NCBI RefSeq assembly: GCF_004010195.1 | Contig: NC_057711.1 | Location: 83,187,568-83,249,847, forward strand | DNA: 62,280 nucleotides | Reading direction: 5' to 3' | Source of the DNA: Chiloscyllium plagiosum | Taxonomy: Eukaryota | Shown here: positions 22,801-37,800 of the stretch, one piece after another | Numbering within the stretch: the first letter of the stretch is position 1 | Layout: each line of letters begins with the position of its first letter | Translations under genes and position numbers: made by a program | Notes under the pieces: generated by a model | Databases searched by the model: none | What the model saw: only the letters and a program-made list of their open reading frames with translations | What the model was told of the DNA's origin: nothing

Positions 22801-25800
22801 GACCCTTTCAGCATATTATACATTCTGAAATATTTGGTGCCTTGCATGATGGGATGCTTTTTCCAATACAGTGTCAAGGGGACACAGTTCAAAACTGCGG
22901 CCAAGATGACCATATTGATATAGGGCTATCGTGAAACTCACATGTGGTTGATGCTATTTTGATTTGTGTTAAATGTATATCCATCTAAATCTTGGCATAT
23001 GACTGCATTTATTGTATGATATCTTTAAACTTTAAAAATCAAAACTGTTAAACATCAGTATGGTACACTTTAAGGATCTACATAAAATGAGCAATTGGTT
23101 TCAATAAGAAATAATTGCTTTAATGAACAATCAAATGTCTGATTGACCAAACTCAAACAAATCAAAGGCACATTGATTCATCCTGTAACTGCTAATGAGG
23201 AGTGAGTAGTATGGAGAAAGTTAAACAATAAAGTTCTGTTGACCTGAAATATTGGTTGTTATTTCCACATTTTTTGCGTTACTGCCTGAGTATTCCTTGT
23301 ATTGTCAACTTTTATTCAAAAGTTTCAGTCAGATATTTTTTCAATAAATCTACTGTCATCCACTAAGTAGCTGAAGAAATTGCTCAATTCAGTTCCTCAG
23401 GCCAATTTCATGCACTATTCCTTTTTCACTCATCTCGAGGCAAGGTTACTACCACTGTACCACATGTGCCCTGAGGCCAGCATTTATTGTCCATCTCTAG
23501 CTACCCATTTCAATATTAAGGCATTTTGGGAGATGCAATTACTCATATGATAATTTTCCTGTAATTTCTCATCCTTTATTTTACAGAGTTGCCGAAAGCT
23601 TCTGTAAACATTACAAATGTTACTGTGATTGAAGGGGGAGAAGCTGCAATACAATGTACTGCTCTAGGCCACCCAATTCCCACTGTGGACTGGCAAAATC
23701 GCATTCTCTACTCCACTTACCAGGTATAATCATGATGCTCTCAAAAGCCAACATTTTCAGCACCACTTAGCATTTTATGTTATACTATGAATAAGAATAA
23801 AAGGAGGGATGTGGGACCTGGGAAATGTTCTATTGGGCTCCCATCTTTTATTTCTTTCTTCTCTGATTTTACCAATTTTCTCGGAAAATAAGGCCATTTG
23901 CTATGGCACTGTTTTGTTGGCATATGGTTGCACAGTGACTGCTCCCGCTTGTCCATTTTTCCTGTTTCTTAAGGTCAATGGAAAGTCATTTTTCAAACAT
24001 AATGCCCACTTTTCTCATGGGAAGTTGTCAGTGATGGGCCTACTGCACACTAGCTGGAATAGGAAACTCTCAGGCTTAAAGAATAATCTAGTGAGTGACA
24101 TCATGCTATTTCTCTTCATAGTCAGCAGAAACCTCCAGACCACCAATAATATTAAAGCTCAGCAATATTTCTGGTGTTGACAATGGACAGCAACTTATCT
24201 GCACAGCAGAGAATATAGTTGGAGAATCTAAGGCTTTTGTCAATCTAACAGTTCTCTGTAAGTATGCATAGTATTCTACTTCAATTTATATTTTGATACT
24301 TTTACACCAACAAGCATGTTCATGACTGGTGCTGATGGAATCTTATGTGTGCGAATAATAAAACAAATATCAAATTTTCAAATCACATCATTTGCAATTG
24401 CTTAAATAGCTGCAACATGCAAATTTTACCCTCTGCTGTTAAAACGATTGGATAGAACATGACGGGTATGTTGCCACTGTTGGAGAACCAGTAGGAACTA
24501 TTCATAGCTATTCTTTTGGAGGCCAGTGCAATGTTAAGGTAATCTTGGCACTTATCTGGACAATGTAGAGATCAATGCGATGAAGATCCAAGTAACATGG
24601 AAATGCCACCTTCAAGAGCTGATGATCAGTCTTGGAGCAGAAGCTTTCCAGGGCTAGCAATGCCACCAAAAGCCATGGAATTACACTGGAGCCTTCATCA
24701 AGGATTGATGCTGGTTCACCAAGAGTGGCAAATGGGGCATTATGAGGAGAGGAGGGAGGCTGTGAATAGTGAAGACCAGAAGTGGGTCAAAAGCAAAGCT
24801 AAGGGGATATATTTCAGTGGACTCCTCCCCTTCCTATTGCTGGGTCCCTTGATTGGACACTGAATGTTTGAGAATGAGAATTGCCTTTTGTTTGCATTGG
24901 CACACCCAACAGGTTATCACATAATTCCTCAGTCAGCATTAAATCACAGTGGCCTAACTGATTTCCTGCCACCAGTAGGCAGCTTTCCCATGTTGACTCT
25001 TCCTTCCACACACTTAGTGCTTCCCATGCAGTTGTTCACACCCTTGACTATCTTGCCCACTGCAGCAGACCCCACTAAAATTCTGCCCATTGTGGAACAA
25101 CTCAATGAATACTGATAATTTAAAGATAAAGTACTTATATGTTACTTAAATAGGTCATTAATACAAGTAGTAAATGATGACTGATAGAGGTTAATAAAGG
25201 CATAGATACTGAGTGTTGGAGGGAGTGATTGAAAGGAGACATTGAAAGATTCAACCTGAGAAGGTTTTTAAAGACACAATGAGTGAGGGTGAGGTGAAAA
25301 ATTATATGAAGGATATTCTAAACAGCGAGGTAAAATGTTTGAAAATTTCCTTCCAGTGGTAGAATGAATGGATAGGCATGAGTTTCTTTTCAATTAATTC
25401 TTAAGACATTACATTCACACATTATTGGTAACTCTATATCTTTCACTGCATTTGTACAACTTCAAGTTTAACTAACATCATTTGTTTCTCTCCAGTTCCT
25501 CCTAGAATAATATTGTTGGGTGAGGCAATTCCAGACCACCGTTGGTGCATTCCTTTCAGCGTAACAGGCAACCCACCACCCAAAATTCAATGGTACCACA
25601 ATAATTATCCTCTGAATGAGACAGATTTTATACTGACACAAATTCATGAGGAAAATATCAGTGAGCAACACGGCTGCTTGCAGCTGGACAATCCAACCCA
25701 TCTGAACAACGGGAACTATACTCTATATGTTTATAATGATTTAGGACAGGATAAGGGCACAATATATGCTCATTTCATGCACCATCCTCCTGGTTCAGGT

Positions 25801-28800
25801 AAGTATTTTCTTATGTTTATTGTTACTATTGTTGCTTTGTTTCATTATCATTCTATTTGCCTATATTCAGTTTTGAAGGGAATTGTTAATTAGATATATT
25901 CAGCAGTTTCAATATCCAACCAATGGGTATCAATGACAGTAGCGCAAGATCTCTCTCAGTTTTAGAGATGTAAAGTAGAGAAGAGAGGTACATACGAGAG
26001 TCCTCTCCTAAACGTGCTTTTGAATAGTAACAAATCCAAAGGTTTTGGTGAGTCATAGTCAAGAATCTGTGAAGACAGTGATGAATAATTATGCAAAAAT
26101 GTCAAGCTAACTTGATTAGTGCACAAAATTTAAAAAGAGGTGAAATTTGCCTTGGGTGGAGATGCAGAACAGATGGCATTGCCTCTGCTGCTCGTAACAC
26201 ACCCTGCCCAATATTCCACTCCTTTCCACTGATTTCTCAAAACTAATGTTTTGAGTCTGCGCACAAGTTTTATTTTGTCCCCACCTCACTAAATGCTTCT
26301 GTAACATCTGATGGCACCAACAGGTTTCTAGTCAATGTATCAGGTTGCAAATCGTATTCAGCATTGGAATCAAGAATTGAACATTCCAGCTTTTGGAAAG
26401 TGTGGGATAAACACTGTATGTGCTAGAATTATTTGCAGACAGAGCATCATTATACAAACTTTAATACTGGTTAACACCATACTTCTCTCCACAAATTAAA
26501 TATGAAGTATACCAATATGTAATATTTTATTTGTGCAAAGGCTTAAATGGTGACTTTTTGGACCCCATTCAGACATCAGAGGGTTAGATTGTTGCCTAGG
26601 TTGACATGCACATGATCCAAATCCCTGGTATTTAGATGTAGCTTTACTACCCTACATTCTTCAATTACTGGACAAGGAATACAAGAACAACTGAAACAAT
26701 ATTTACAATATTTTGTTCCTCCTATTGGGGAAGAAATTAATTGAAGATACATATAGTTCATTAATGGAATAAAACCATTCTATACATGAAATATTTGTAG
26801 TGATTCATATTTAACTAACTTTGTTTCCCAAATCTTTTTTTCCAAAGCTTATTGCACTCTTTTGAAAAATTAATTTGATTTTTCTTTTTCTCATTTATTT
26901 TGTTTCAATTTATCAGCATGATATTTTATATTACTTTTCATATTTCCCAGCAACCCTAGGAGCAAATTACTTTAACATTGTACACAATCCTATTACTCCT
27001 TTCTTAAATCTACATTTTCACGTTGTGATTTCCAAGCCAATGATCTGTCAGTCACAATGAGTATCTTCATTTCTCAGTTTTGAGGTCCCCAGTAATGTTA
27101 CTTTCAGCGCTGCATGTCACTGTGGTGACTTCCATGAAGTTATACTTCATAGAAATGATAGCTATAATATATTACACCAACCTGAAATTGATAAACCATT
27201 ACTCTATAGTAAACTCCTTGTTTCATGGTCATATCTGCAAATCACTAATGTTCCGGCTTGGAGAATGACCTAATGATTTAAAAACATTGGGTAACTCTTT
27301 CAAACATGTAATATTGATTTCGCAGTTGATAAAAAGATAGTATGAGGTGATGCAACACATGACTCAACTCATATCATACAAAGTAAGAAAGTAATTATAA
27401 GTGATAAGTCCATCTCAAGTTCTGGCTCTGGAGCTGTTTAAACATTTCCAGGAAGCTCATTTTGAGTGAGGTTGCTATTTTGAAACAAATCCAGGTATTA
27501 ACTTGATACTCACAGGTTCTTGGTTTGCTAGATTCTTCACACATTTTTTTCAACTTTTTATGATAATTCTTATTAATTTTCCACTTTTCAATGAAGTATT
27601 AAAAACTATTGATCAATACAATGTAGTATGGGCTGCATTTGGATAGGACTTCTGATAATTAGGTTTTCAGGAACAATGAGGGAGAAAATATAGGTAACAA
27701 TGACAAGGAAGGATTTTATTGGATCTTATATTAAGATGGAATCCAAATGATTGGACTAAGAAACAGTTGAAACTTTATTGCTGGAACAGCACAGCAGGTC
27801 AGGCAGCATCCAGGGAACAGGAGATTCGACGTTTCGGGCACAGGCCCTTCTAACTGTTAGTGTCCATTGCAAGGCATCAAATAGGGAACACAAACTAGAA
27901 GAGGCAATAAGCACACCTTTACAACAGAATTTGCAAGGACAACAGGCCAGTTCTAGTGGGTGATTTTTAACTGAAATGCAGGAGGTCAATGTGGGCACCA
28001 CTTTGTCTCTGACCATACAAGAAAACATATAGTAAAAATATTCTCGATAGTGATCTGAGCTAAATAACTGATATGGGAGCAGGAGAACATTTGGAAAAAT
28101 TACCCAAACTTAGTTAGATTTAGTCTAAGAAAGGACGAGAATAATGATTTATAAAAAGTAGCTGGAATAGTAGAAGAGTGAAGTGCTGTTGGATGAAAAG
28201 GATTAATTATCCAAATTATTTGGCCAGTATAGGTGGAGAACAAGTTGATGGATCAGCTGTGAGATCTCTTTGAGTCCGTGTTGCATATTGAATATATTCT
28301 GTGAAGCAAAAAGAACAGAATTAATTAGACAAAAAAAATGGATTTAAAAATAAAATTAGTCTTGAAAGGGAAGTGACATAAAATTAAAGTGAATGACACT
28401 TAAAAGAATTTTGAATAAAGTTGTGTTTAGTTTTTATTAAAACCCCAGATAAAAGGAGGATTAGAATGACTAAAAGATTATATGAGAGAAGGCTACTTGA
28501 TTACATATTTAAACATGTTAGTAAAAGATTATCTAAAAAGACAGTGAAGCACCTTAAGAAAGAAATAAAAAGTGGCATTTTGCCTCCATGAAGGTAGCAG
28601 GAGGGATGGTGAGAATGGCAATAATTCAGCAAGTCAGCCCTTGGGAGAAACACGCCCCCTCTTGCCATCTCAGTGATTAATTACTGGTTGAGAAGGTCCA
28701 TGGGACACTTACTTGACTTGTGGATAAGGTCCTTACATAGTTAATCAATGTCCACCTAAGGACCTCAACTTGCCAACTTTCAAAATACTTGCCTTTGTTA

Positions 28801-31800
28801 CTGGTGAAAAAAACAGTTTATTTCTCAAATGGGTAACTAGGGCCACTTGCTTACCCCAGTCTGGGACAACTGGGGACAGTTGATCTCTGAGAGCCACTAG
28901 AGGCCTTGCCTCTGAACCTGCTGAGCCTCCTTTCCACCCTGCAGGAAGAAGTAAAGGACTAACATTCTTGCTGCTAGGAACCTCCTGGAGTTAGCCTCGA
29001 CCAGTGATCCTTGGGATCCAGACGCTGATAAGTCAATCTTATGGACTTTTTGCTTCACAGAATATATTGAATATGCAATATTCTGGCAATCTAACACTTC
29101 AGTGTCAAGACACTTGAAAAGGCACAAAACTAAAAAACCATCTAAATGTGCATGATTCTAAGAGCTATCTCACCAGATGGGGTAGCATATTAGATGCCAC
29201 TGAACATGTTCATCCTAACGTTCAGTCAAAAAATGGGAAAATCCTGGTCATAAAGTCTAATTATTATGGATGTAAGCATATGGAAAGTATTAAATATTTT
29301 GCAATTTTTTTTATAAATGATGATGCAAATAGACTCGAGTTACACTAAGAGATGCTCCAAAACATTTGTCAGTGATGAGTATTGAAAAGAGTTTGGAATT
29401 TAAAACATTCATTGATGAATATGCTAGAACAGTGAAAGAAGCCAGAGGAGATAGCAGAGGCTTTGATTAAAATCTTTCAACCCGTATTAAATATTCAAAT
29501 TGTGGCACAGTGGTTAGCACTGCTGCCTCACAGCGCCAGAGACCTGGGTTCAATTCCCGCCTCAGGCGACTCTCTGTGTGGAGTTTGCACATTCTCCCCG
29601 TGTCTGCGTGGGTTTCCTCCGAGTGCTCTGGTTTCCTCCCACAATCCAAAAATGTGCAGATTGGGTGAATTGGCCATGCTGAATTGCCCGCAGTGTTAGG
29701 TAAAGGGGTAAATGTAGGGGAATGGGTCTGGGTGGGTTGCGCTTCAGTGGGTTGGTGTGGACTTGTTGGGCTCTCAGAAGGGCCTGTTTCCACACTGTAA
29801 GTAATCTAAACTAATATAATCTAATCTAAATAAATGGTTCCTCAAAAGAGTGAGTTAGACTTCTCCTGCCACATCACATTACCAATGCCTACTACTTTTG
29901 AGGGCTCATTTAGGCCTGACTGGAAAGCCCTCATAATCCCAAGGGTAGTGCAATGGGGACATAGAGCTGATTAAGAAAATGGTCCCTTATTTTTTCCTTT
30001 GCTTTACATTTCTGAACTTTGATGATCTAACTGTTGAAATTTGTGTTTCTAATATATTTGTACCTGATTGTGTACTTTTTAAAATTTAGGCAATGAACCA
30101 ATTACAGATCCTGGATTTTATGGTAAGTTTGATGTACAATATCTTCCTAATTATTGTAAGATTTTCAAAGTTTGTGAGAAGATTTGTAGCTCGGGTGCTC
30201 GTTATTGTGGTTCTGTTCGCCGAGCTGGGAATTTGTGTTGCAGACGCTTCGTCCCCTGTCTAGGTGACACCCTCAGTGCTTGGGAGCCTCCTGTGAAGCG
30301 TTTCTGTGATTTTTCCTCCGGCATTTATAGTGGTTTGAATCTACCGCTTCCAGTTGTCAGTTCCAGCTGTCCGTTGCAGTGGTCGGTATATTGGGTCCAG
30401 GTCGATGTGCTTATTGATTGAATCTCACTCAGACCCATAGTATCACTACCAGGGACACCATCACACAAACTGGCTAAAGAACTACAGCAGAAACTGAAAC
30501 ACCTGATCAGCGGATCCAGACACTATACAATCAAAACAGGAATTCTTGGACATCATCAGAAATATACACATAGACAAGGAAGAAACCATAGTCTCATTCG
30601 ATGTAACAGCACTGTTCACCTCTATCGACAAAAACCTAGCTAGAGAAACAATAGCCAACCTGCTGGACATACAGAACAAACAACAGGACGGTGAACCTAT
30701 CAACAAAGACGGCATACTCAAACTACTGGACCTGTGCCTCACAACACACTTCACATTCAACAACCAAATATATGAACAAATCAACGGCACTCTGGACTCT
30801 GGACTCATAGCAAAAGCGGTAATGCAAAGATTAGAACAAACAGTCTTACTGCAAATTCAACCCAAACTCTGGGTCAGATATGTGGATACCTTTATAATCA
30901 TTAAAAACACAGAAATAGAGAACACACACTGGATCATCAACGCCACACTCACAGGAATCCGATTCACTAGAGAGGAAGAAAAAGACAACCAACTCCCATT
31001 CCTAGACGTGATGGTATAGAGAACACCAAATAGAGAATTCACCACAAAGGTATACAGGAAAGCCACACACACAGACCAAGTCCTGAATTATGAAAGCAAC
31101 CCCCCCAACACACGCAAAAGAAGTTGCATCAAGACACTATTCAAAAGAGCCACAACACACTACAGTACACCAGAAATGCAAAAAGAGGAAGAAGAACGCC
31201 TATACAATGTATTCGCCAAAAACGGATATCCCCGCAATTTCATGAACAGATGCCTAAGGGAAAGACAACGGAATGAGGACATGCCGCAACCCAAGACAAA
31301 CAGGAAGACAGCTAATGATCCGCATCCATGAACACCAACTAGCCACGAAACGACACGACCAGCTATCCTTAGTAGCCACACACGCAGATGACAAGCAACA
31401 TGAATTCGACTGGGACAACACTACTATTATAGGACAAGCCAAACAGAGAACAGCCAGGGAATTCCTAGAGGCATGGCACTCATCCACAGATTCAATCAAT
31501 AAGCACATCGATCTGGACCCAATATACCGGCCACTGCAACGGACAGCTGGAACTGACAACCGGAAGCGGCAGATTTAAAACACTATAAGTGCCGGAGGAA
31601 AGATCACAGAAGTGCTTCACAGGAGGCTCCCAAGCACTGAGGATGTCACCTAGACAGGGGACGAAACGTCTGCAACACATATTCCCAGCTCGGCGAACAG
31701 AACCACAACATTGTAAGATTTAAATTGGAGAAAATTATCCATGGAAACATTATACTTCAAAAACTTTGAAGAAGTTTTCAAACAGATTCAATTTGCAAAG

Positions 31801-34800
31801 AGATCACGTAACACCTCATTTTTAATTGATAATAGTTGGGGAAATAAACTATTAATTTTACTTAAAATCATCACTGAGTGATGGAGGAGATTTTTTCTGT
31901 TTTTGGAGTAGAATTTAAGTGCATAATATCAATCCCTAGCTGAGACCAAAAACTAAATGGTAAATTGAGTCAGTCAGTGTAAGATATTCTGAATAATTAT
32001 CAAGTTGTCAACTACGGGTGTTCATTTTTGGCCTGTCTGAAAACCGAGCAATCTGCAACTCTAATTCATTTAGTAAGACACGTTCATTACACAAAAACAG
32101 CATAATCTCAAATCTTTGCTGCAGCTCACACTGCTTTGGCAGATAATGAATTTGTCTAGACTTGTAATGTGATGCAAAAAGCACGGCTAGAAATTTTGGA
32201 GAGTGTAGAAATTATTGCAAATGACAAGCTGTTCCAGTAATAAATTACAGTTTTGAGCTTTTGATCGAGCTCAGTACCAAGACTCATACTCTTTGTAATA
32301 GGAAATCAAAATGGATATGTGAACCAACCTTACATAATAGATTAAGAAAGAAACTGTTACTTAGATTTACATTTTTTACATGTTTCATTTTTAAGAACTC
32401 CATGGAATAGGGGAATCGAGAGATTTCCTGATTCAGCAGACCTGTCACATTTAAAAGGGCCCCATTTCCATACTTCAATTCCAGGTAGATTGGAATAAGA
32501 TAAAATCAGTCCCATCACATCCAGAGGTGGCTTGGAGGCAACCGCTGAGGCATGTAAGTGATGTGGCAAGACAAATAATATGACAGGCTGGTTAGAAGGC
32601 TTGCCATTGTTTTATATGACTTCTATTCTGTTGTATTAAAGTCATGTCATCCCTTACCCCAACATGCCCTCATTGCATCCAGAATACTTTATATGCACTA
32701 ACTAGCCCTATGCCTCCTTCATAACTGATAACGTAGTGTCCACCAGTCTCCACTATGGGAAGACCGCAGGAACCATGGGGAGATGAAAAATAAACATTTA
32801 ACAGTCTAAATGAACTTTCACTAATAAAAGTTGAGACTGAAAAATTAACCTCCCATTCGTAAAACCCATTCAAAAATGTTAAATCACCTCAGTTGATCCA
32901 TCCATTTTGATAATTAACTTCGATTCGCTAATCCTTAAAAGGCAGATAATCCTTAAGAGTTTCTTAAAATTGTAAATCCAAAAGGTAACACAATACTCCT
33001 CTGGAGAAAATTGTTTTTGGAGTGTATCTTGAGAAATCTTAACGGAAGTCTGCCCAGACTGTATGAACAGATGGCATATGATTTGTTGAAGCTACACCAG
33101 ATACCCTGTCAATCAATGTACTCTAAGAGAGGGTGTCTTCTTTGCCTGAGCTGAAATCTGCAGCCTGTTTTTGTTTTACTTTTTTAAATGGCTGGGGATT
33201 TAAATAACTTCAGATCATAAATAAACACAGACTTTACCTGCCTATCAAGCATACACCAGCCTCCTTCATATATTTGTGACTGTGTATTAAGGCCCTTGGA
33301 ATAGTAAAAAAGGGGTCTGTTTGAGTTCAGCACTAATTTCAAATGGCTCCATTGAGTTCCAAGTTTCCCACCCACGTGAATCATATCCTACCCCTGGCCT
33401 GCTGGAAAAACGGGATCTGAAAGAATTGGGGCAGGATCTGTATATCCAGATCCACTCACCATTTTTAAAGGCTATCAGAGCCAATACAACACCATTTGAA
33501 TCGAACTTTGTGAAGAATTATAAATTATAATGATGCTATTCAGGAAAAAGTTTAATGCATTCTATTGCATTGGTTTTGTAATACAGTAATATATCATGAC
33601 TGATCTAATAGTGAAAGAATTGACTATTTTACAGTCAGATCTTGTGCAAGTGCAAGTGCACAGACAAAATTTATTTCAGTTTTATTTGCTGACAGCATAG
33701 AATACAATTAAAGTAATGACACCCCAGTAGAAATAATTTTAAATCCAGCCTATAAGTACTCGAGGGAGAAAGGAATGGAAGGATGTGATGATGTCTATAT
33801 TACAGGATAGATGGAGGCTTGTACAGAACATAAACCCCAGCATTGGCACTTAAGGACGAATGGCCTACCTCTGTGCTGTACACTCTCCAAAGTTCCATAT
33901 CATAAAACTTCAAATATGATTAGAAAGTAAGGAGGTTTCATGAAATTCTTTTACAGGAAAATATATTTTAAGTAAAAATACTGGATACTTGAATCACCAT
34001 TTATGGCCAAGTTATGAGTTGTCAATTGTTGAGGCAGTGTATGGCTGTGTTCATAACATACAGGAAAGAAGTTACTCATAAGTTAAGAAGAAGGTTGGGT
34101 GCACATGTAGAGAATATAAGACTTTAAGAAGGTACTGTCAAAACACCATTAAAGTGGAATGACATTGGATAATAATATCTCAGAAATAAATATATGATGT
34201 TCTTATAAACACACTATGGTCAGTTTGTTAAATTTGGTATTAACAGACTTGAAATATTTATATCTCTTAATTGCAGATGCATATGACCAGTTTGTGGATA
34301 TCTTCGGTGTGACCTCAGACAATTCAACTGCAATTGGCCCACCTAATGTCACAGAAAAGACAATGGAGGATGGCATTGCTGTAAGTACAATAGCAAGAGA
34401 TTAATGGGCTTGTATACCCTTGCGTTTAGAAGACTGAGAGGGGATCTGATTGAGACGTATAAGATTATTAAAGGATTGAACACTCTGGAGGCAGGAAACA
34501 TGTTTCTGCTGATGGGTGAGTCCCGAACCAGAGGACACAGCTTAAAAATACAGGGTAGACCATTTAAGACAGAGATGAGGAGAAACTTCTTCACCCAGAG
34601 AGTGGTGGGTGTGTGGAATGCTTTGTCCAGTGGAGGCCCAGTCTCTGGATTTGTTTAAGAAAGAGTTGGATAGAGCTCTCAAGGATAATGGAATCAAGGG
34701 TTATGGAAATAAGGCAGGAACAGGATACTGATTGAGGATGATCAGCCATGATCATAATGAATGGTGGTGCAGGCTCGAAGGGCAGAATGGCCTACTCCTG

Positions 34801-37800
34801 CACCTATTGTCTATTGTCTATTGTCTAATGCCCAATAGACTGCTTCATATGGCTATATGAAAATAAGCAAAAAGGTTTGTATTTATATAGTATGTTTTAT
34901 GACCTCAGTGTTCCCACAATTCTATGCAGTGGTATGTGCTAAAACTGTTGGTGTGTAAGAAACAGTATGGCAAATTTCCAAAAGTGAAATATTGTAAAAG
35001 GTGATGTAATTGAGGAATAAATATTGATAAGGACATTGGGGAAATCTCCCCTGTTCTTCATAAAAATGGAATCCTGAGTTGTTTTTACCCAACTGAAAAA
35101 AGTGAAACAGTCCTAAATTTAATGTCTCATTGAAGAGCTTTGAGCCCATCCCTGTATTGTAGTTAATTACCAGCTTTTAATATGAGCTCAACTCTGTGGA
35201 ATGGGACTTGAATCCACAGCGATGGAAATGTGTTGCTGGAAAAGCGCAGCAGGTCAGGCAGCATCTAGGGAACAGGAGAATCGACGTTTCGGGCATTAGC
35301 CCTTCTTCAGGAATGGATTATTTCTCCTGTTCCCTAGATGCTGCCTGACCTGCTGCGCTTTTCCAGCAACACATTTCCATCTCTGATCTCCAGCATCTGC
35401 AGACCTCACTTTCTCCTTGAATCCACAGCCTCTGACTCAGAGGGAAGAGTGTCATCATTTGTGTCACCTAGTTATTTTATGGAATAATAATTGAACCGCA
35501 TTAGACTGGGTCTGTGCCAGGTGATGAAGGAAACAATGTAACAAAAACACGGGTGACCTCATCCTCACTAATCTGTATGCTACAGGAGTTCTTCAGGGTG
35601 GTTGACCTAGGCCCAAGCATTTTTGCTACTTCATCAATGACCTTCCGCTCCACCATAAGATCAGCAGTGAAGATTTTCGCTGATGATTGCACAATCAATG
35701 TTCAGCACTATTCATTACTTCACATATGCTGAAGGAGTCCATGTCTAAATGTAGCAAGAACTGAACAATATCCAGGTTTGGGCTCACACACGGCAAGTGA
35801 TTTTTTTTTAACATAACACAAGTGCCAGGAAATGAACATCTCCGACAAGTCAGAATCTAACCATTGCCCTTTAACATTCAATGGCATTAGCATTGCTAGC
35901 AACATCTTGAGGTTTAGCATTGACGAGAAACTGAACTGGACAAGCCATATAAATACTGTTGCTGCAACAGAAGGTCACAGGCTGGGAATCCTGCAGTGAA
36001 TAACTCCCTTTCTCCCAAAGCCTTCATTAACTGTAAATTACAAGTCAGAAATGTAATGAAATGCTCCCCACATGCCTGAATGAGTGAAGTTTCAACTATG
36101 CTAAAGAAGCTTGACACCATCCAGGACAAAGCAACATGTCCTCAAACATTTCTCCCTCCACCACAGATGCTCAGTAACAGCAATGTGTACTATCTGAGAG
36201 GCAGTAGAGAAGTTTACCAAGGCTCCTTAGATAGCATCTTCCAAATCCACAACTATCTAAAAGGACAAGGACAGCAAATGCATGCAAACCACCAATACCA
36301 TCACCTGCAAGATATTCTCCAAGTCACCCATCAGCCTGAGTCAGTAACATATAATTGTACTGTCAGTGTTATAGCCAAAGTTCTGGAACTCCCTTCTAAT
36401 TGCATTGTGGGTGTAATTACACCAACTATGGACTACAATAGATCAAAAGGAAGCTCACCACCACTTTTTTAACAGCAACTAGGGAATGGTTAATAAATGC
36501 TGACCCAGCCAGTGAAGCCTATATCCCATCTTTGAATAATAATGATCAAAATGTGCTGGAATAGAATGAGATAGGTTTTTAGTTAAGGGTGAGTTGAATG
36601 GCCTCACATATCAACATATACCTTTCTGACCATTGTGATACCAAAGAAATCCTGTAATAGATTGGAAAATGTATCTGTGCTGTAGATATTCACCACTGGA
36701 GCTCTTGTAGCATTGCTGTCACAGCTTGGCCTCCATTCCTGAAACTGTCAAGCAGCAACTCATTCTTATCTACAGAATTTTAAAAAAATATTCATTGACA
36801 TTATTTTAATTTGATGTCAAATGGGGTTCTGAGTTTGAGCAGGTTCATTGATCTAAAATTAAAAATGCAAATAATACTTAATTTCAATTTCCTCAGAGCC
36901 AGGAGCATGTTCTGTTAATATTCCCAATGGATCCATTATTTAAAATGTTATTGAAATGGTTTCATTGAATATTTTTACATCTTTGCAACTTCATGGCATT
37001 GATCATGTTGATCCTCAAGGCTCACTTGTAAGTAGTCCAAATTGGTTCGAAGAGACTAAGAACAAATTAAGCATCTTGAATTGTTCTGTGAAGCTATCTA
37101 CATAATCAGCAATTATACTGTAAAAAATTTACTAATGAAAAATTATTAACTCAATTTATTTTCTCTTTGTGTTATCAACATAAGAAACACTTCTACCCAT
37201 TGCTTATTGTGAATCACAGAATCACAGGATTTGTATGGTCTGGAAGGAGGTCACTCAGCCCATCATATCTGCCCCGGCTCTCTCAGTATTTTAACTTAGT
37301 GCCAGTCATAAACTTAGTGTAGTCATAAGCTTCTTCTGTACTCTCTCCGATGCATTCACATTCTTCCTATAGCATGGCACTCAGAACTCAACACAGTACT
37401 CAAGCTGATGTCTAACCAATATCTTACACAAATTCTTCTTAACTCCTTGCCCTTGTACTCTATTTTTACAAAGCATAGACTGTTATATGCTTTATGTGCA
37501 GCTCTCACTACCTTTCATGAAAACTTCAATAACATCATATGTGTTGATCAACACTCTATAGATAGCATCTTTTATTTTATACTCTACCCATGTTCTCTGT
37601 GCTAACATGCATCATCTCACAGCTCTCCACATTGAAATTCATCTGTCACTTATCCACCCACTCCACCAAGTTATCAAAGTCTTTTTCAACTTCTACACTA
37701 TCCTTCTTACAATTTACATTTTTTTTCTCCATAGCAAACTTTCTATTACACCTTTGAATAGCAAAATCTGTATATAACAGGATCAGCAAGTCTCCCAATA

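Larger units (their letters stand above)
30165..31709 (+). mobile_element. Penelope-like element (Penelope/Poseidon-like) with RT and partial GIY-YIG, inverted pseudo-LTR and 12-bp TSD
   Basis: ~30204-30424 is the reverse complement of ~31489-31709, with an unpaired tail at 30165-30203. TSD attgtaagattt at 30153-30164 and 31710-31721. Confidence 0.93.

Noticed and set aside
29502..29570. tRNA-like A-box/B-box sequences (also at 3489, 6930 and 50183)
   Set aside because: These are SINE heads attached to SINE bodies or fragments and have no complete cloverleaf.
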